Assembly: GCA_049654165.1 (NCBI GenBank)
Contig: JBASHR010000037.1
Location: 16,780-80,779 of the forward strand
DNA: 64,000 bases
Origin: Bacteroidales bacterium
GTDB taxonomy: Bacteria > Bacteroidota > Bacteroidia > Bacteroidales > JAAYJT01
Direction: 5' to 3'
Shown: piece after piece, positions 9,168 to 17,920 of the stretch
How positions within the stretch are numbered: the first letter of the stretch is position 1
How the letters are laid out: each line of letters begins with the position of its first letter
Program-made: the position numbers and the translations under genes
Notes under the pieces: model-generated
Databases searched by the model: none
Told to the model about the DNA's origin: nothing
What the model saw: the letters and a program-made list of their open reading frames with translations, nothing else

Positions 9168-12100
9168 ATGAAGAAATATCAGGCTCGTCTGCAGAATATG
9201 GATAAACATGAATTAGAGCTTTTTCGTGAGCAGCAGACTCTTTTTCTTAAAAACGAATTGAAAGAATCTGTAAGACGCTCTGCTGATTACATTAAAAACA
9301 GGTTGGATACTTCTGGGAAAAAGCCTAAAGAACTTAACAACAACGCTATTGCTCCTACTCCAAAGCAGGGTTATGCAAAACCTACTTACTATGCATTAAT
9401 CACTTCCACGCCAGAATCTGATTCACTTGCACTGGTTGCCCTATATGAAGCTACTGACGGAGATAACTGGGTTGACAATACAAACTGGCTTATAGAGCCT
9501 GTAAGCTCATGGTATGGTATAGAAACCGATCCTGGCAATGGATCAGTAACACATATTGATCTCAATAATAATAATCTTGTAGGTGAAATTCCTCATGAAA
9601 TTGGCAGCCTAAGCTCACTTCAATATTTGAATTTAAGCTGGAATGAGCTTGAAGGAGAGCTTCCTGACGAGCTATTCAATTTAACTGGTTTACAACAACT
9701 TGATCTTTATATAAATAATTTAACCGGTATAATACCACCTGAAATAGGAAATTTAACTTCACTTTTGTCTTTAGATTTTGCTGTGAATGACTTTGAAGGG
9801 GGTCTTCCTTCTGAATTATTCAATTTAAATAATTTATGGTTTCTTAATCTTAGTATAAACTATTTTACTGGTACCATACCATCAGAGATTGGCAATTTGA
9901 ATATGCTTCAGTATTTATTTTTATACTGGAATGATTTTGAAGGAACATTGCCATATGAATTATCTAATCTAAATTTAAGCTGGCTGTTTATTGAAAATAA
10001 TGAATTTGAGGGCGAGATTCCCTACGACCTATGCTGGGCAGTTAGTGAAGAATTCCATTTTGATGGTAATTATTTTGATTTAGCAAACTGTGATGTTATC
10101 ACTTGTTTACTTGACAATGGAGTTACTATTCCGTCAGGCTGGCAGAAAAATGGATATAATCTGCTTGAAGATTGTAATTCTTTCTACATTAATATAATAC
10201 CGGAAGAAGGTTATATATGTTCAGAACCTTATTCATATTATTTTGGTGAGGTTATTGCACTGAATTATGATAATTTAATCTGGCACACAGATGGAGATGG
10301 ATATTTTGATGATGACCATTCTGAAAACCCTACCTATTACCCTGGTGTACAGGATATTATAGATGGAAATGTATCAATAGTAGTTGAAGCCTATGATGTT
10401 TGGCAGAATTATAGCAGCGATTATTTTGAGTTGTATATTTCAGAGACCAGTGCAGGTACTGATCTTAACATTCAGGTTGGAGAATCATGTTACTTAGGAA
10501 ATGCTTTTACTAATAATACTGACAGTTTTTTCTGGGAATCAACAGGTACCGGTTATTTTGATAATAATCTACTGATTGATCCAACTTATTATCCAGGTGT
10601 TGATGATATAAATGCCGGCAGTGTAACGTTGATCCTAACGTCTTATACCGGTGATTGTGTGGCAAGTGACAGTCTTGTATTATCATTTGACTATACCGGA
10701 GAACCTGATATAGAAGTTAATACACAGGATATTTATCCTGTAGTTGCACCAGAAGATTCAGGGAGTTTTTATGTTGAAATAAATAATCTGGGAACAGGAC
10801 CTTTAGTTTACGAGATTAATGTGAGCGAAGATGAATCCCGTGCTGCCAGCATTCAAAAAAGTGTAGAAGAAATCCTGATAAATAATCAGGTACGGCGCAC
10901 CAATGACTTTTCTCAATCCTCGGGTGTAAACTCATCAAAAATAAACAACCAGACACCTTCATTCCTAAGTGTCGAAGAGATCATGAAAAGGCGAAAAAAT
11001 GCCGCTTCTTACGTAGTGCCAGCTAAGATAATATGCGTTGTTGACAGTTATGGCTCTAATTTCACTTCATGGTTTTGGGACGAGCTTAATGCAACATACG
11101 GAGATATAATCATTGACTATGCAACTTTGTCAAAACCTGATATTTCCTATAACGATTTGGTAAATTCCGGTGCCGAAGTACTCATCATTGATAACGCATG
11201 GAATGCCGCACAAGTATATGGTGAATTAACAACCGATGAGATCAGCGCAATAGCAAAATATGTTGATGAAGGGAAGGGTTTAGTTGTTACAGCCGGTACA
11301 TTAAATAGTTATCTTGTTCCTAATCATAATCAGCTAGCTCCATTGCTTGGTTTGATCCCTAATGCGTTTTATGAATGGAACGATGGAGTTGAGTATGTTG
11401 GCGGAGAATATATCGATATTGAACTTCAGAACCCGGTTCATCCTGTTTTTAAGAAAATCTATAACCCATTTGTTCCGGGATATGCATCCAGTGCTATTCC
11501 ATATACAAAAGACTGGCATGATGCCATTGATGACGCAGAAATACTGGCTATTTCATCAGGAAATGAAGCTGTGATAACTGCTTACAGAAATCGAATCTAT
11601 TTGCCGCATTTACTTACTCTTGAGGTATCAGCCAATGATTATAAGTTAATGTATAATTCTATAATCTTTTGTGCAACTCATCCATCATGGCTTGACGTGA
11701 GCCCTTTAAGAGGAGAAATAGAATCTAATATGATGGATCAAATGGAGTTAAATATTAATTCGTATAACCTGCCTGCAGGGTTTTATTATGCTACAATAAG
11801 CATAAACAGTAATGACCCGGATGAATCCCCGCTTGATATATCTGTAACTCTGGAGATAACTGAAGGTGGAATAGAAGATTATTCATACCTTGACAACAGG
11901 ACTATTTCATTTGATACTTGCTATGCAGCTAATATAACCATATATGTGGGAGGAAACTGGTATACTGTTGAAGAAAATGCTATTGTGAATTTTGAAGCAG
12001 GTCAGAATATCATTATATTACCCGGCACACATTTTAAAGAAGGCTCAATGGTACATGCCAGAATAGTAACTGATGGGATATATTGTGCTTTGCCCATGAT

Positions 12101-12422
12101 GGCTGCGGTTAACACACAACCTGTTGAACCTTCGCCTAAGAGTATGATAGATTTTCCGGAAAACAAAGATGTTCCTTCTGATGCATTTAATGTTTTGGTT
12201 TATCCCAACCCAACCAATGCGCGTGTAATGCTTGAATTCTCAGAACCTGCATCAAACGCTATGATTGAAGTTTATGGGCTTATAGGCGAACGTGTATTAA
12301 CAAAAGAAATAAACGGAAGCAGTCTGTACGAACTTGATCTGTCATCTCAGCCACAGGGTATTTATCTGGTGAAGGTTTCAAACGGTAACTCAGTGGTTCT
12401 GAAAAAGATAATCAAGAAATAA
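9168..12422 (+). CDS. leucine-rich-repeat multidomain protein with T9SS C-terminal sorting domain (probably the body of a gene starting at 9021 and interrupted by a nonsense codon)
   Basis: 1084 aa. It has an LRR cap (LVALYEATDGDNWVDNTNW) followed by repeats of the NLxGxIPxEIGNLxxL type. Two internal repeats follow (W.TDGDGYFDD...PTYYPGVQDI and W.STGTGYFDN...PTYYPGVDDI). The C-terminus (VYPNPTNARVMLEF...GIYLVKVSNGNSVVLKKIIK) is typical of a T9SS type A CTD. The ORF as called has no signal peptide. Confidence 0.75.
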   Translation: MKKYQARLQNMDKHELELFREQQTLFLKNELKESVRRSADYIKNRLDTSGKKPKELNNNAIAPTPKQGYAKPTYYALITSTPESDSLALVALYEATDGDNWVDNTNWLIEPVSSWYGIETDPGNGSVTHIDLNNNNLVGEIPHEIGSLSSLQYLNLSWNELEGELPDELFNLTGLQQLDLYINNLTGIIPPEIGNLTSLLSLDFAVNDFEGGLPSELFNLNNLWFLNLSINYFTGTIPSEIGNLNMLQYLFLYWNDFEGTLPYELSNLNLSWLFIENNEFEGEIPYDLCWAVSEEFHFDGNYFDLANCDVITCLLDNGVTIPSGWQKNGYNLLEDCNSFYINIIPEEGYICSEPYSYYFGEVIALNYDNLIWHTDGDGYFDDDHSENPTYYPGVQDIIDGNVSIVVEAYDVWQNYSSDYFELYISETSAGTDLNIQVGESCYLGNAFTNNTDSFFWESTGTGYFDNNLLIDPTYYPGVDDINAGSVTLILTSYTGDCVASDSLVLSFDYTGEPDIEVNTQDIYPVVAPEDSGSFYVEINNLGTGPLVYEINVSEDESRAASIQKSVEEILINNQVRRTNDFSQSSGVNSSKINNQTPSFLSVEEIMKRRKNAASYVVPAKIICVVDSYGSNFTSWFWDELNATYGDIIIDYATLSKPDISYNDLVNSGAEVLIIDNAWNAAQVYGELTTDEISAIAKYVDEGKGLVVTAGTLNSYLVPNHNQLAPLLGLIPNAFYEWNDGVEYVGGEYIDIELQNPVHPVFKKIYNPFVPGYASSAIPYTKDWHDAIDDAEILAISSGNEAVITAYRNRIYLPHLLTLEVSANDYKLMYNSIIFCATHPSWLDVSPLRGEIESNMMDQMELNINSYNLPAGFYYATISINSNDPDESPLDISVTLEITEGGIEDYSYLDNRTISFDTCYAANITIYVGGNWYTVEENAIVNFEAGQNIIILPGTHFKEGSMVHARIVTDGIYCALPMMAAVNTQPVEPSPKSMIDFPENKDVPSDAFNVLVYPNPTNARVMLEFSEPASNAMIEVYGLIGERVLTKEINGSSLYELDLSSQPQGIYLVKVSNGNSVVLKKIIKK

Positions 12423-12452
12423 GTAGTTGGAAGAATAGGTTCATAATCCACA

Positions 12453-12515
12453 GAAATTGGCTAAAGCCGGTGATACAGAATACTTATATCTGGTAGCCGG
12501 GCTTTAGCCAATTTC
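12453..12515. repeat. inverted pair of ttggctaaagcc modules forming an 18-bp stem (1-nt bulge) with a 26-nt loop; candidate bidirectional terminator between the convergent LRR gene and moxR
   Basis: The left arm gaaattggctaaagccgg (12453-12470) pairs with the right arm ccgggctttagccaatttc (12497-12515). The element starts 31 nt after the LRR gene stop. Confidence 0.65.
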
Positions 12516-12536
12516 TTATTATAATAACTGGTTAAA

Positions 12537-12560
12537 AATTGCGACAGGCTTAAGCCAAAA
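12537..12560 (+). repeat. short repeat module aattgcNNcNggcttaagccaaaa, copy 2
   Basis: aattgcgacaggcttaagccaaaa is in direct orientation relative to 6501-6524. Confidence 0.7.
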
Positions 12561-12574
12561 ACTCAGATTCCGGT

Positions 12575-13540
12575 CTATTTCAGAAGTCCTTCAATAATGG
12601 CTTCTATGCTTACTCCATCAGCTTCAGCTTTATAGTTTCTTACAATTCTGTGCCTGAGCACATCTGCTGCAACAGCCTGCACGTCTTCAATGTCAGGAGA
12701 GTATTTTCCGTTCAGTACGCCATGGCATTTTGCTCCTATTATCAGATACTGGGATGCTCGTGGTCCGGCTCCCCAGGTAATATAATTATTGATATCAGCA
12801 GTAGCTTCCGGAGTTCCGGGACGGGTTTTAGCAGCTAATCTTACAGAATATTCATATACATTATCGGCAACCGGTATACGTCTGATCAGGTTTTGAAAAT
12901 ATACAATCTCCTCTCCGGTTAACACAATATTTGGCTGATATGAAGTGCCGAGGGTAGTCCGCTTCACAATATCCACTTCCTCTTTAAATGAAGGATAGTC
13001 CAGCCAGATATTAAACATGAACCTGTCGAGCTGAGCTTCAGGCAGAGGATAGGTTCCTTCCTGTTCAATAGGGTTTTGGGTTGCAAGAACAAAGAAAGGT
13101 TCAGCAAGCTTATGACTTTCTCCCGATACTGTTACTGAAAGTTCCTGCATGGCTTCAAGCAATGCCGATTGTGTTTTAGGAGGAGTACGGTTAATTTCGT
13201 CAGCAAGTATAATGTTGGCAAACACAGGTCCGCGAACAAATCTGAAATGACGGTTTTCATCCAGTATTTCGGTTCCTGTAATGTCAGAAGGCATTAAGTC
13301 AGGTGTGAACTGAATACGTGAATACGTCAATCCAAGGGATTTTGAAATAGTATTTACCATCAGTGTTTTTGCAAGTCCCGGCACACCGACAAGCAAAGCA
13401 TGCCCTTTACTGAAGATTGAAATTAAAACCTTTTTTACCACCTCATCCTGCCCGACAATTACTTTTGCAATTTCTGATTTAAGCTCTTTGTATTTTATTG
13501 ATAAAGCATCCAGTGCCTCAACATCCGTTTTATATTGCAT
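12575..13540 (-). CDS. MoxR-family AAA+ ATPase
   Basis: 321 aa with Walker A GVPGLAKT, Walker B ILADEINR, and ATQNPIEQEGTYPLPEAQLDRF. Confidence 0.9.
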   Translation of the reverse strand: MQYKTDVEALDALSIKYKELKSEIAKVIVGQDEVVKKVLISIFSKGHALLVGVPGLAKTLMVNTISKSLGLTYSRIQFTPDLMPSDITGTEILDENRHFRFVRGPVFANIILADEINRTPPKTQSALLEAMQELSVTVSGESHKLAEPFFVLATQNPIEQEGTYPLPEAQLDRFMFNIWLDYPSFKEEVDIVKRTTLGTSYQPNIVLTGEEIVYFQNLIRRIPVADNVYEYSVRLAAKTRPGTPEATADINNYITWGAGPRASQYLIIGAKCHGVLNGKYSPDIEDVQAVAADVLRHRIVRNYKAEADGVSIEAIIEGLLK

Positions 13541-13585
13541 AGTGTAGTTTAATTTAGTTATTGAAATGAGCCGTTAATACTCATT

Positions 13586-14926
13586 TTAAAAAATCCATTT
13601 TGTTTTGAAATCACAATCCCTATAAGCCTCAATTATATTGATATAGGTTTTTTTGTTTTTTTCCTTAACCCAATCAACAATGGCATTATGCTGTTTGTTT
13701 TCAAGAGCCCAGTTTTTTATACGATCATAATCGTCGTTAAGGTTTGCCTTATGGGGCGTAGTTTTATCTTTCAGATAAAGCAGACGATAAGCGTTATAAC
13801 CTTCTTCATCAAGAAAAGGGACAGCATTTGATATTTCACCAATTTTCATTTTATCAGCAACAAAATATACAGAAGGTTCAAGATGTTCACTTTCAAACCT
13901 GGGAGTACCTGTATATGGGTTTATCATCAGGCCTCCGTGCATTTTTCCCGGATCATCGGAATATTCAAGAGCCTGTTCATAAGTAATATTTCCGGCTCTG
14001 ATCTCACCGGCAAGGCTATCGAGAAAATTCCTGGCTTCTTCAAGCTCAACAGGAGAAGGCTTTGGACGAAGTAAAATATGACGTACATTTATGGTTTCAC
14101 CACGGCGCTCAAGCATTTGTATTATATGGTAACCTGCCTTGGTTTTTACTATATCTGAAATTTCACCTTTTTCAAGCCTGAATGCTACTGCTTCGAATTC
14201 AGGATATAACTCACCACGGCGGTAAAAGCCAAGTTCGCCGCCGCGACTGGCCGAACCCGGGTCTTCAGAATATAATGCAGCAAATGTTTCAAATCTTTCC
14301 CCCGCAAGGATCCGGTTACGATAAGTTTTTAGCTGGTTTCGAACTGCGTTGAGCTCGGCAGTGCTTACAGGAGGTTTTTTTATGATCTGCCCTATTTCAA
14401 ATTCTGTAGGAATAGTATAAATACTATCAGCAGGTATGCTTTTATAAAACGCACGTATTTCGGAAGGTGTAACTTTAATATCTTCAATAACTTGTTGCTG
14501 GGCTTCTTCTGCCATCATTTGCTCTTTAATAAGATCGCGAAACTCGTTTTTGATCTCCATAATGCTTTTCCCATAGAAATTTTCTAATTTCTCCTGCGAT
14601 CCAAACTGAGATGTAAAATATCTGATGCGCTGATTAAGGGCGTTTTCTAATTGATTGTCAGTGATCTCAATACTGTCAGCCTCCGCCTGGTTCACAAATA
14701 GTTTCTGTATCATCAGATCTTCAAGTATTTCACATTTCATGGTTTTTTTACCGCTTGTCAAACCTTTTGTCTGATGTTGAAGCAACTGGGTTTCAAGGTC
14801 TGATTCAAGAATTATCCGGTTCCCGACTACAGCTACCACTTCGTCAATAAGCACTTCAGTTTGCTGGGAAAACAACTGGAGTTGCATAAAAATCAATGAA
14901 ACAGAAATAACAATCAGCTTTTTCAT
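13586..14926 (-). CDS. SurA-like peptidyl-prolyl isomerase/chaperone
   Basis: Start taken at MKKLIVISVSLIF (ATG complement 14924-14926). Parvulin-type segments are present (GGELGFYRRGELYPEFEAVAF...GYHIIQ). Confidence 0.8.
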   Translation of the reverse strand: MKKLIVISVSLIFMQLQLFSQQTEVLIDEVVAVVGNRIILESDLETQLLQHQTKGLTSGKKTMKCEILEDLMIQKLFVNQAEADSIEITDNQLENALNQRIRYFTSQFGSQEKLENFYGKSIMEIKNEFRDLIKEQMMAEEAQQQVIEDIKVTPSEIRAFYKSIPADSIYTIPTEFEIGQIIKKPPVSTAELNAVRNQLKTYRNRILAGERFETFAALYSEDPGSASRGGELGFYRRGELYPEFEAVAFRLEKGEISDIVKTKAGYHIIQMLERRGETINVRHILLRPKPSPVELEEARNFLDSLAGEIRAGNITYEQALEYSDDPGKMHGGLMINPYTGTPRFESEHLEPSVYFVADKMKIGEISNAVPFLDEEGYNAYRLLYLKDKTTPHKANLNDDYDRIKNWALENKQHNAIVDWVKEKNKKTYINIIEAYRDCDFKTKWIF

Positions 14927-14945
14927 CAAAATATCGTTCGGGTTT

Positions 14946-15800
14946 TTAATAAATCTCAAAATAATTGTTTGTCAGCGCATTTTCATATATCTCGTTCTGA
15001 AGATTTTGCAACAGTTCGAGTTTACGACGGTTTACAATTATTTGTCTTATATTGTTTTCGTGCATGCTTAACGGAGCAATGCTTTCTTTTATTTTAAAAT
15101 CTTTGATTTCAACCATATAAACATACAGCGAATCCTTTACTTCTATATTTCTGTTATACCGGATAAAATTTTCCTGATTATAAGTGTTTATAGGTATAAT
15201 ATTAAGCAGATCAGAGAAATAAATCCATGAGTCATCAAAAAGCGAGTAATTCAATCCGTTTTGAATGCAATATTTTTCCAGCTCCGTTTTACTTCTTATA
15301 TCATGGTTCTGCCATAGTTTCTTCAAGTGTGGTAATTGTTTCTTATCGTCAATTAACTGGACATAATCAGCTTTTATAATATTTTCCTTCAATTCAAAAT
15401 TCTGCATATTCTGATCGTAGTATGTCTGAATTTCTTTTTGGCTAACCACCGTATCCAGCTTTTGCCTTATTATACTTGATTCGAACTCATATATTACCAG
15501 GCTGTTACGATATTCTTCAAGCTGTCTGCTGAAATCTTTCTCATCAGGTGTAAGTGTCTTCTCTGCCTGATCGAGCAATAACTGTTTTCTTACCCAACTG
15601 TTTACCACATTCTGAACTATAGTAAGGCTGTCCTGAGATGATAATCCCTTTCCGGCAATCATGTCCTGAATATCTGAGTAACTGAGATATTTGTTGTGAA
15701 CTCTTGCCAATACTATTTCGTTACTGGTAGCAGTGGATAAATATTGACATCCGCCCAGCAGTACAACAACTGTCAGGAAAAGCAGTATCAGCCTGTTCAT
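14946..15800 (-). CDS. hypothetical lipoprotein, SurA-N-like chaperone without an obvious PPIase domain
   Basis: 284 aa. Signal and lipobox MNRLILLFLTVVVLLGGC. It sits between two PPIase genes on the same strand. Confidence 0.5.
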   Translation of the reverse strand: MNRLILLFLTVVVLLGGCQYLSTATSNEIVLARVHNKYLSYSDIQDMIAGKGLSSQDSLTIVQNVVNSWVRKQLLLDQAEKTLTPDEKDFSRQLEEYRNSLVIYEFESSIIRQKLDTVVSQKEIQTYYDQNMQNFELKENIIKADYVQLIDDKKQLPHLKKLWQNHDIRSKTELEKYCIQNGLNYSLFDDSWIYFSDLLNIIPINTYNQENFIRYNRNIEVKDSLYVYMVEIKDFKIKESIAPLSMHENNIRQIIVNRRKLELLQNLQNEIYENALTNNYFEIY

Positions 15801-15811
15801 GTTTCGGAAAC

Positions 15812-17827
15812 TTATTTTATTTGCGAAAGTAATTCGTTATTTACTTTAACCGGAAATTTCGCCCTAAGCTCCTGTATCCATTCTTTTTCCAAATAATTTT
15901 GATAATCAGCAGTTACCAGCCCTCTGACTTCATTAAGCTTTTTGGGTGCAGGTTCAAGCACATTATGAATAAAGACCAGAACTGTCTGATCGTCCTTTTC
16001 AATTTTGTTTATGGTTCCTTTCTCCCAGCTTGTAGCGTCCACGTCTTCATTTTCACCTTTCTGGAATAAACTGTGTTTTATAGTAAGACCCTGTGATTCA
16101 ATATTTATAGTGTCAAGTATTTCGTTGTTTGGAACCTTATTGGCAATCATTTGTAGTACCAGATCAATTTTACTGTTGTCTGTGTCGGTTAAGGTATAAA
16201 CGGAGGCATCGGCACGTTCGCCCCACATATAATCATTTTCGTGTTGTTTATGAAATTCGGCCAGCCCAATTGTATCCTGCACTGCCCTTGACCAGATTTT
16301 TTTATCAGTAAGTTCGAACAGCAAAATACCATCCCTGTACTCATTTACAAGTGCCTTAAACTCAGGATATTTGTTTTCCAGTTGTTTATCTTCATAAGCA
16401 AGTAAAACCTTTTCAACGAACTTCTTATAGGCTTCATCCACATAAAACCGGATGTTTTCCTTAGCACCTCTGCGTTGATTTTTCACGATATAATCGGCAA
16501 ATTCCTGCTGCAATACACTTTGCTGACCTATACTAAATAGTTCTTTCTTAAGGCTCATTTTACGGGGTATGCTCCACGAACCTGAAAATACGGAATCAGT
16601 TACATTCTGATAGAATGTTTCAAGAGATTTGGGATTTTCCTTGAAGCCGTATTCATTTTTAATCCTTTTTAAAAGCGATTGTTTTATTACTACTGAACGT
16701 TCATTCTTTTGCACTTTGTCTTTGATTTCAGCATATGAATCTTCAAAAGAGCCCGGTTTTTTCTGTTCCAGCAGCTTGATAATATGCCATCCTATATGCG
16801 AATGAAAAGGTTTTGAGAATTCGCCCGGTTCTTTCAGTAATGATATTTGATAGATAAAATCCGGTATCATACGGTTCGAACCAAACCATTGCAGAACGCC
16901 GCCTTTATCGGCAGTTGAGCGATCATCACTATAGGTACGTGCCACATCTTCAAAGGGTTCGCCTGCAAGAAGCTTGTTGTAGGCTTCGTTGATTTTTTCT
17001 TTCTGAGCAACACTGTCTTTAGCTTTGTCTTCTGAAGGGTTAAGAAGCAGGATATGTGCTATAAGTGCTTGACCCATAGCAGGTTTTCTGTCTGTAATAT
17101 AAATAAGATGATAACCGTATTCGCTTCTTACCGGCATTGAAACTTCCCCTTTCTTAAGCGCATAAGCTCCTGATTCAAAAGCATATATCATATCAAAAGC
17201 GCTGAAATATCCTAAATCGCCTTTGTTACCTTTCATGATCCTGCCGGCGGTTTCACGATCACGAACCGACTGATCTTCTGAGAACTCAAGCGCAAGATCT
17301 TCAAATTTTTCTCCAGCTTTTACACGTTTGTAAAGGTCCATGGTCTTGTTCCATGCTCTCAGTGTATCTTCAGGTGAAGCCTGTTTTTCAACTCTGATAA
17401 GCAAATGGCTGGCACGAATATCTTCCAGCGACCTGTCGTAAGCTTCCTTTATCAGTCTTTCAGTAGCTTCTTCATCAACAAGGTAAGGTTTGGCAAGTTG
17501 TTCACGGTATCCCTGTAATTCGTCCTTGAACGACTGCTCATTTTGTAATCCGGCATCTTCAGCTTCTAAAACCTTCAGTCTGAAATTGATATATAAATCA
17601 AGATATTCCTGTAGCGATTTTGTATCAAGCTTATCGGCCTGTGCATTGTTTTTACGATAAACCTTTAAAAAATCTTCCACAGTAATTTTTTCATTGCCTA
17701 TTTCAGCAAGAATCTGTTTACTAATGTCTTGTGCTGCAACATTTCCTAAAATAAAAAACAGTGCTGCTGTAAACGCTGCTATTTTCCTTAAAACTGTTGC
17801 CTTTCTGACGATTAATTTAGTTGTCAT
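15812..17827 (-). CDS. PpiC/parvulin-type peptidyl-prolyl isomerase (PpiD/SurA-like)
   Basis: Start taken at MTTKLIV (complement 17825-17827). Two parvulin-like blocks are present (ASHLLIRV...GDLGYFSAFDMIYAFE...GYHLIY and AHILL...GGVLQWF...GWHIIK). Confidence 0.8.
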   Translation of the reverse strand: MTTKLIVRKATVLRKIAAFTAALFFILGNVAAQDISKQILAEIGNEKITVEDFLKVYRKNNAQADKLDTKSLQEYLDLYINFRLKVLEAEDAGLQNEQSFKDELQGYREQLAKPYLVDEEATERLIKEAYDRSLEDIRASHLLIRVEKQASPEDTLRAWNKTMDLYKRVKAGEKFEDLALEFSEDQSVRDRETAGRIMKGNKGDLGYFSAFDMIYAFESGAYALKKGEVSMPVRSEYGYHLIYITDRKPAMGQALIAHILLLNPSEDKAKDSVAQKEKINEAYNKLLAGEPFEDVARTYSDDRSTADKGGVLQWFGSNRMIPDFIYQISLLKEPGEFSKPFHSHIGWHIIKLLEQKKPGSFEDSYAEIKDKVQKNERSVVIKQSLLKRIKNEYGFKENPKSLETFYQNVTDSVFSGSWSIPRKMSLKKELFSIGQQSVLQQEFADYIVKNQRRGAKENIRFYVDEAYKKFVEKVLLAYEDKQLENKYPEFKALVNEYRDGILLFELTDKKIWSRAVQDTIGLAEFHKQHENDYMWGERADASVYTLTDTDNSKIDLVLQMIANKVPNNEILDTINIESQGLTIKHSLFQKGENEDVDATSWEKGTINKIEKDDQTVLVFIHNVLEPAPKKLNEVRGLVTADYQNYLEKEWIQELRAKFPVKVNNELLSQIK

Positions 17828-17920
17828 GGATAAGTATTTTAATTCAGATTTAGATTTCTTTTGGCGAAAATAAAACAAATTAAAAACATGATGCCCGTTG
17901 GCATTAAAAATATTCTGTTT

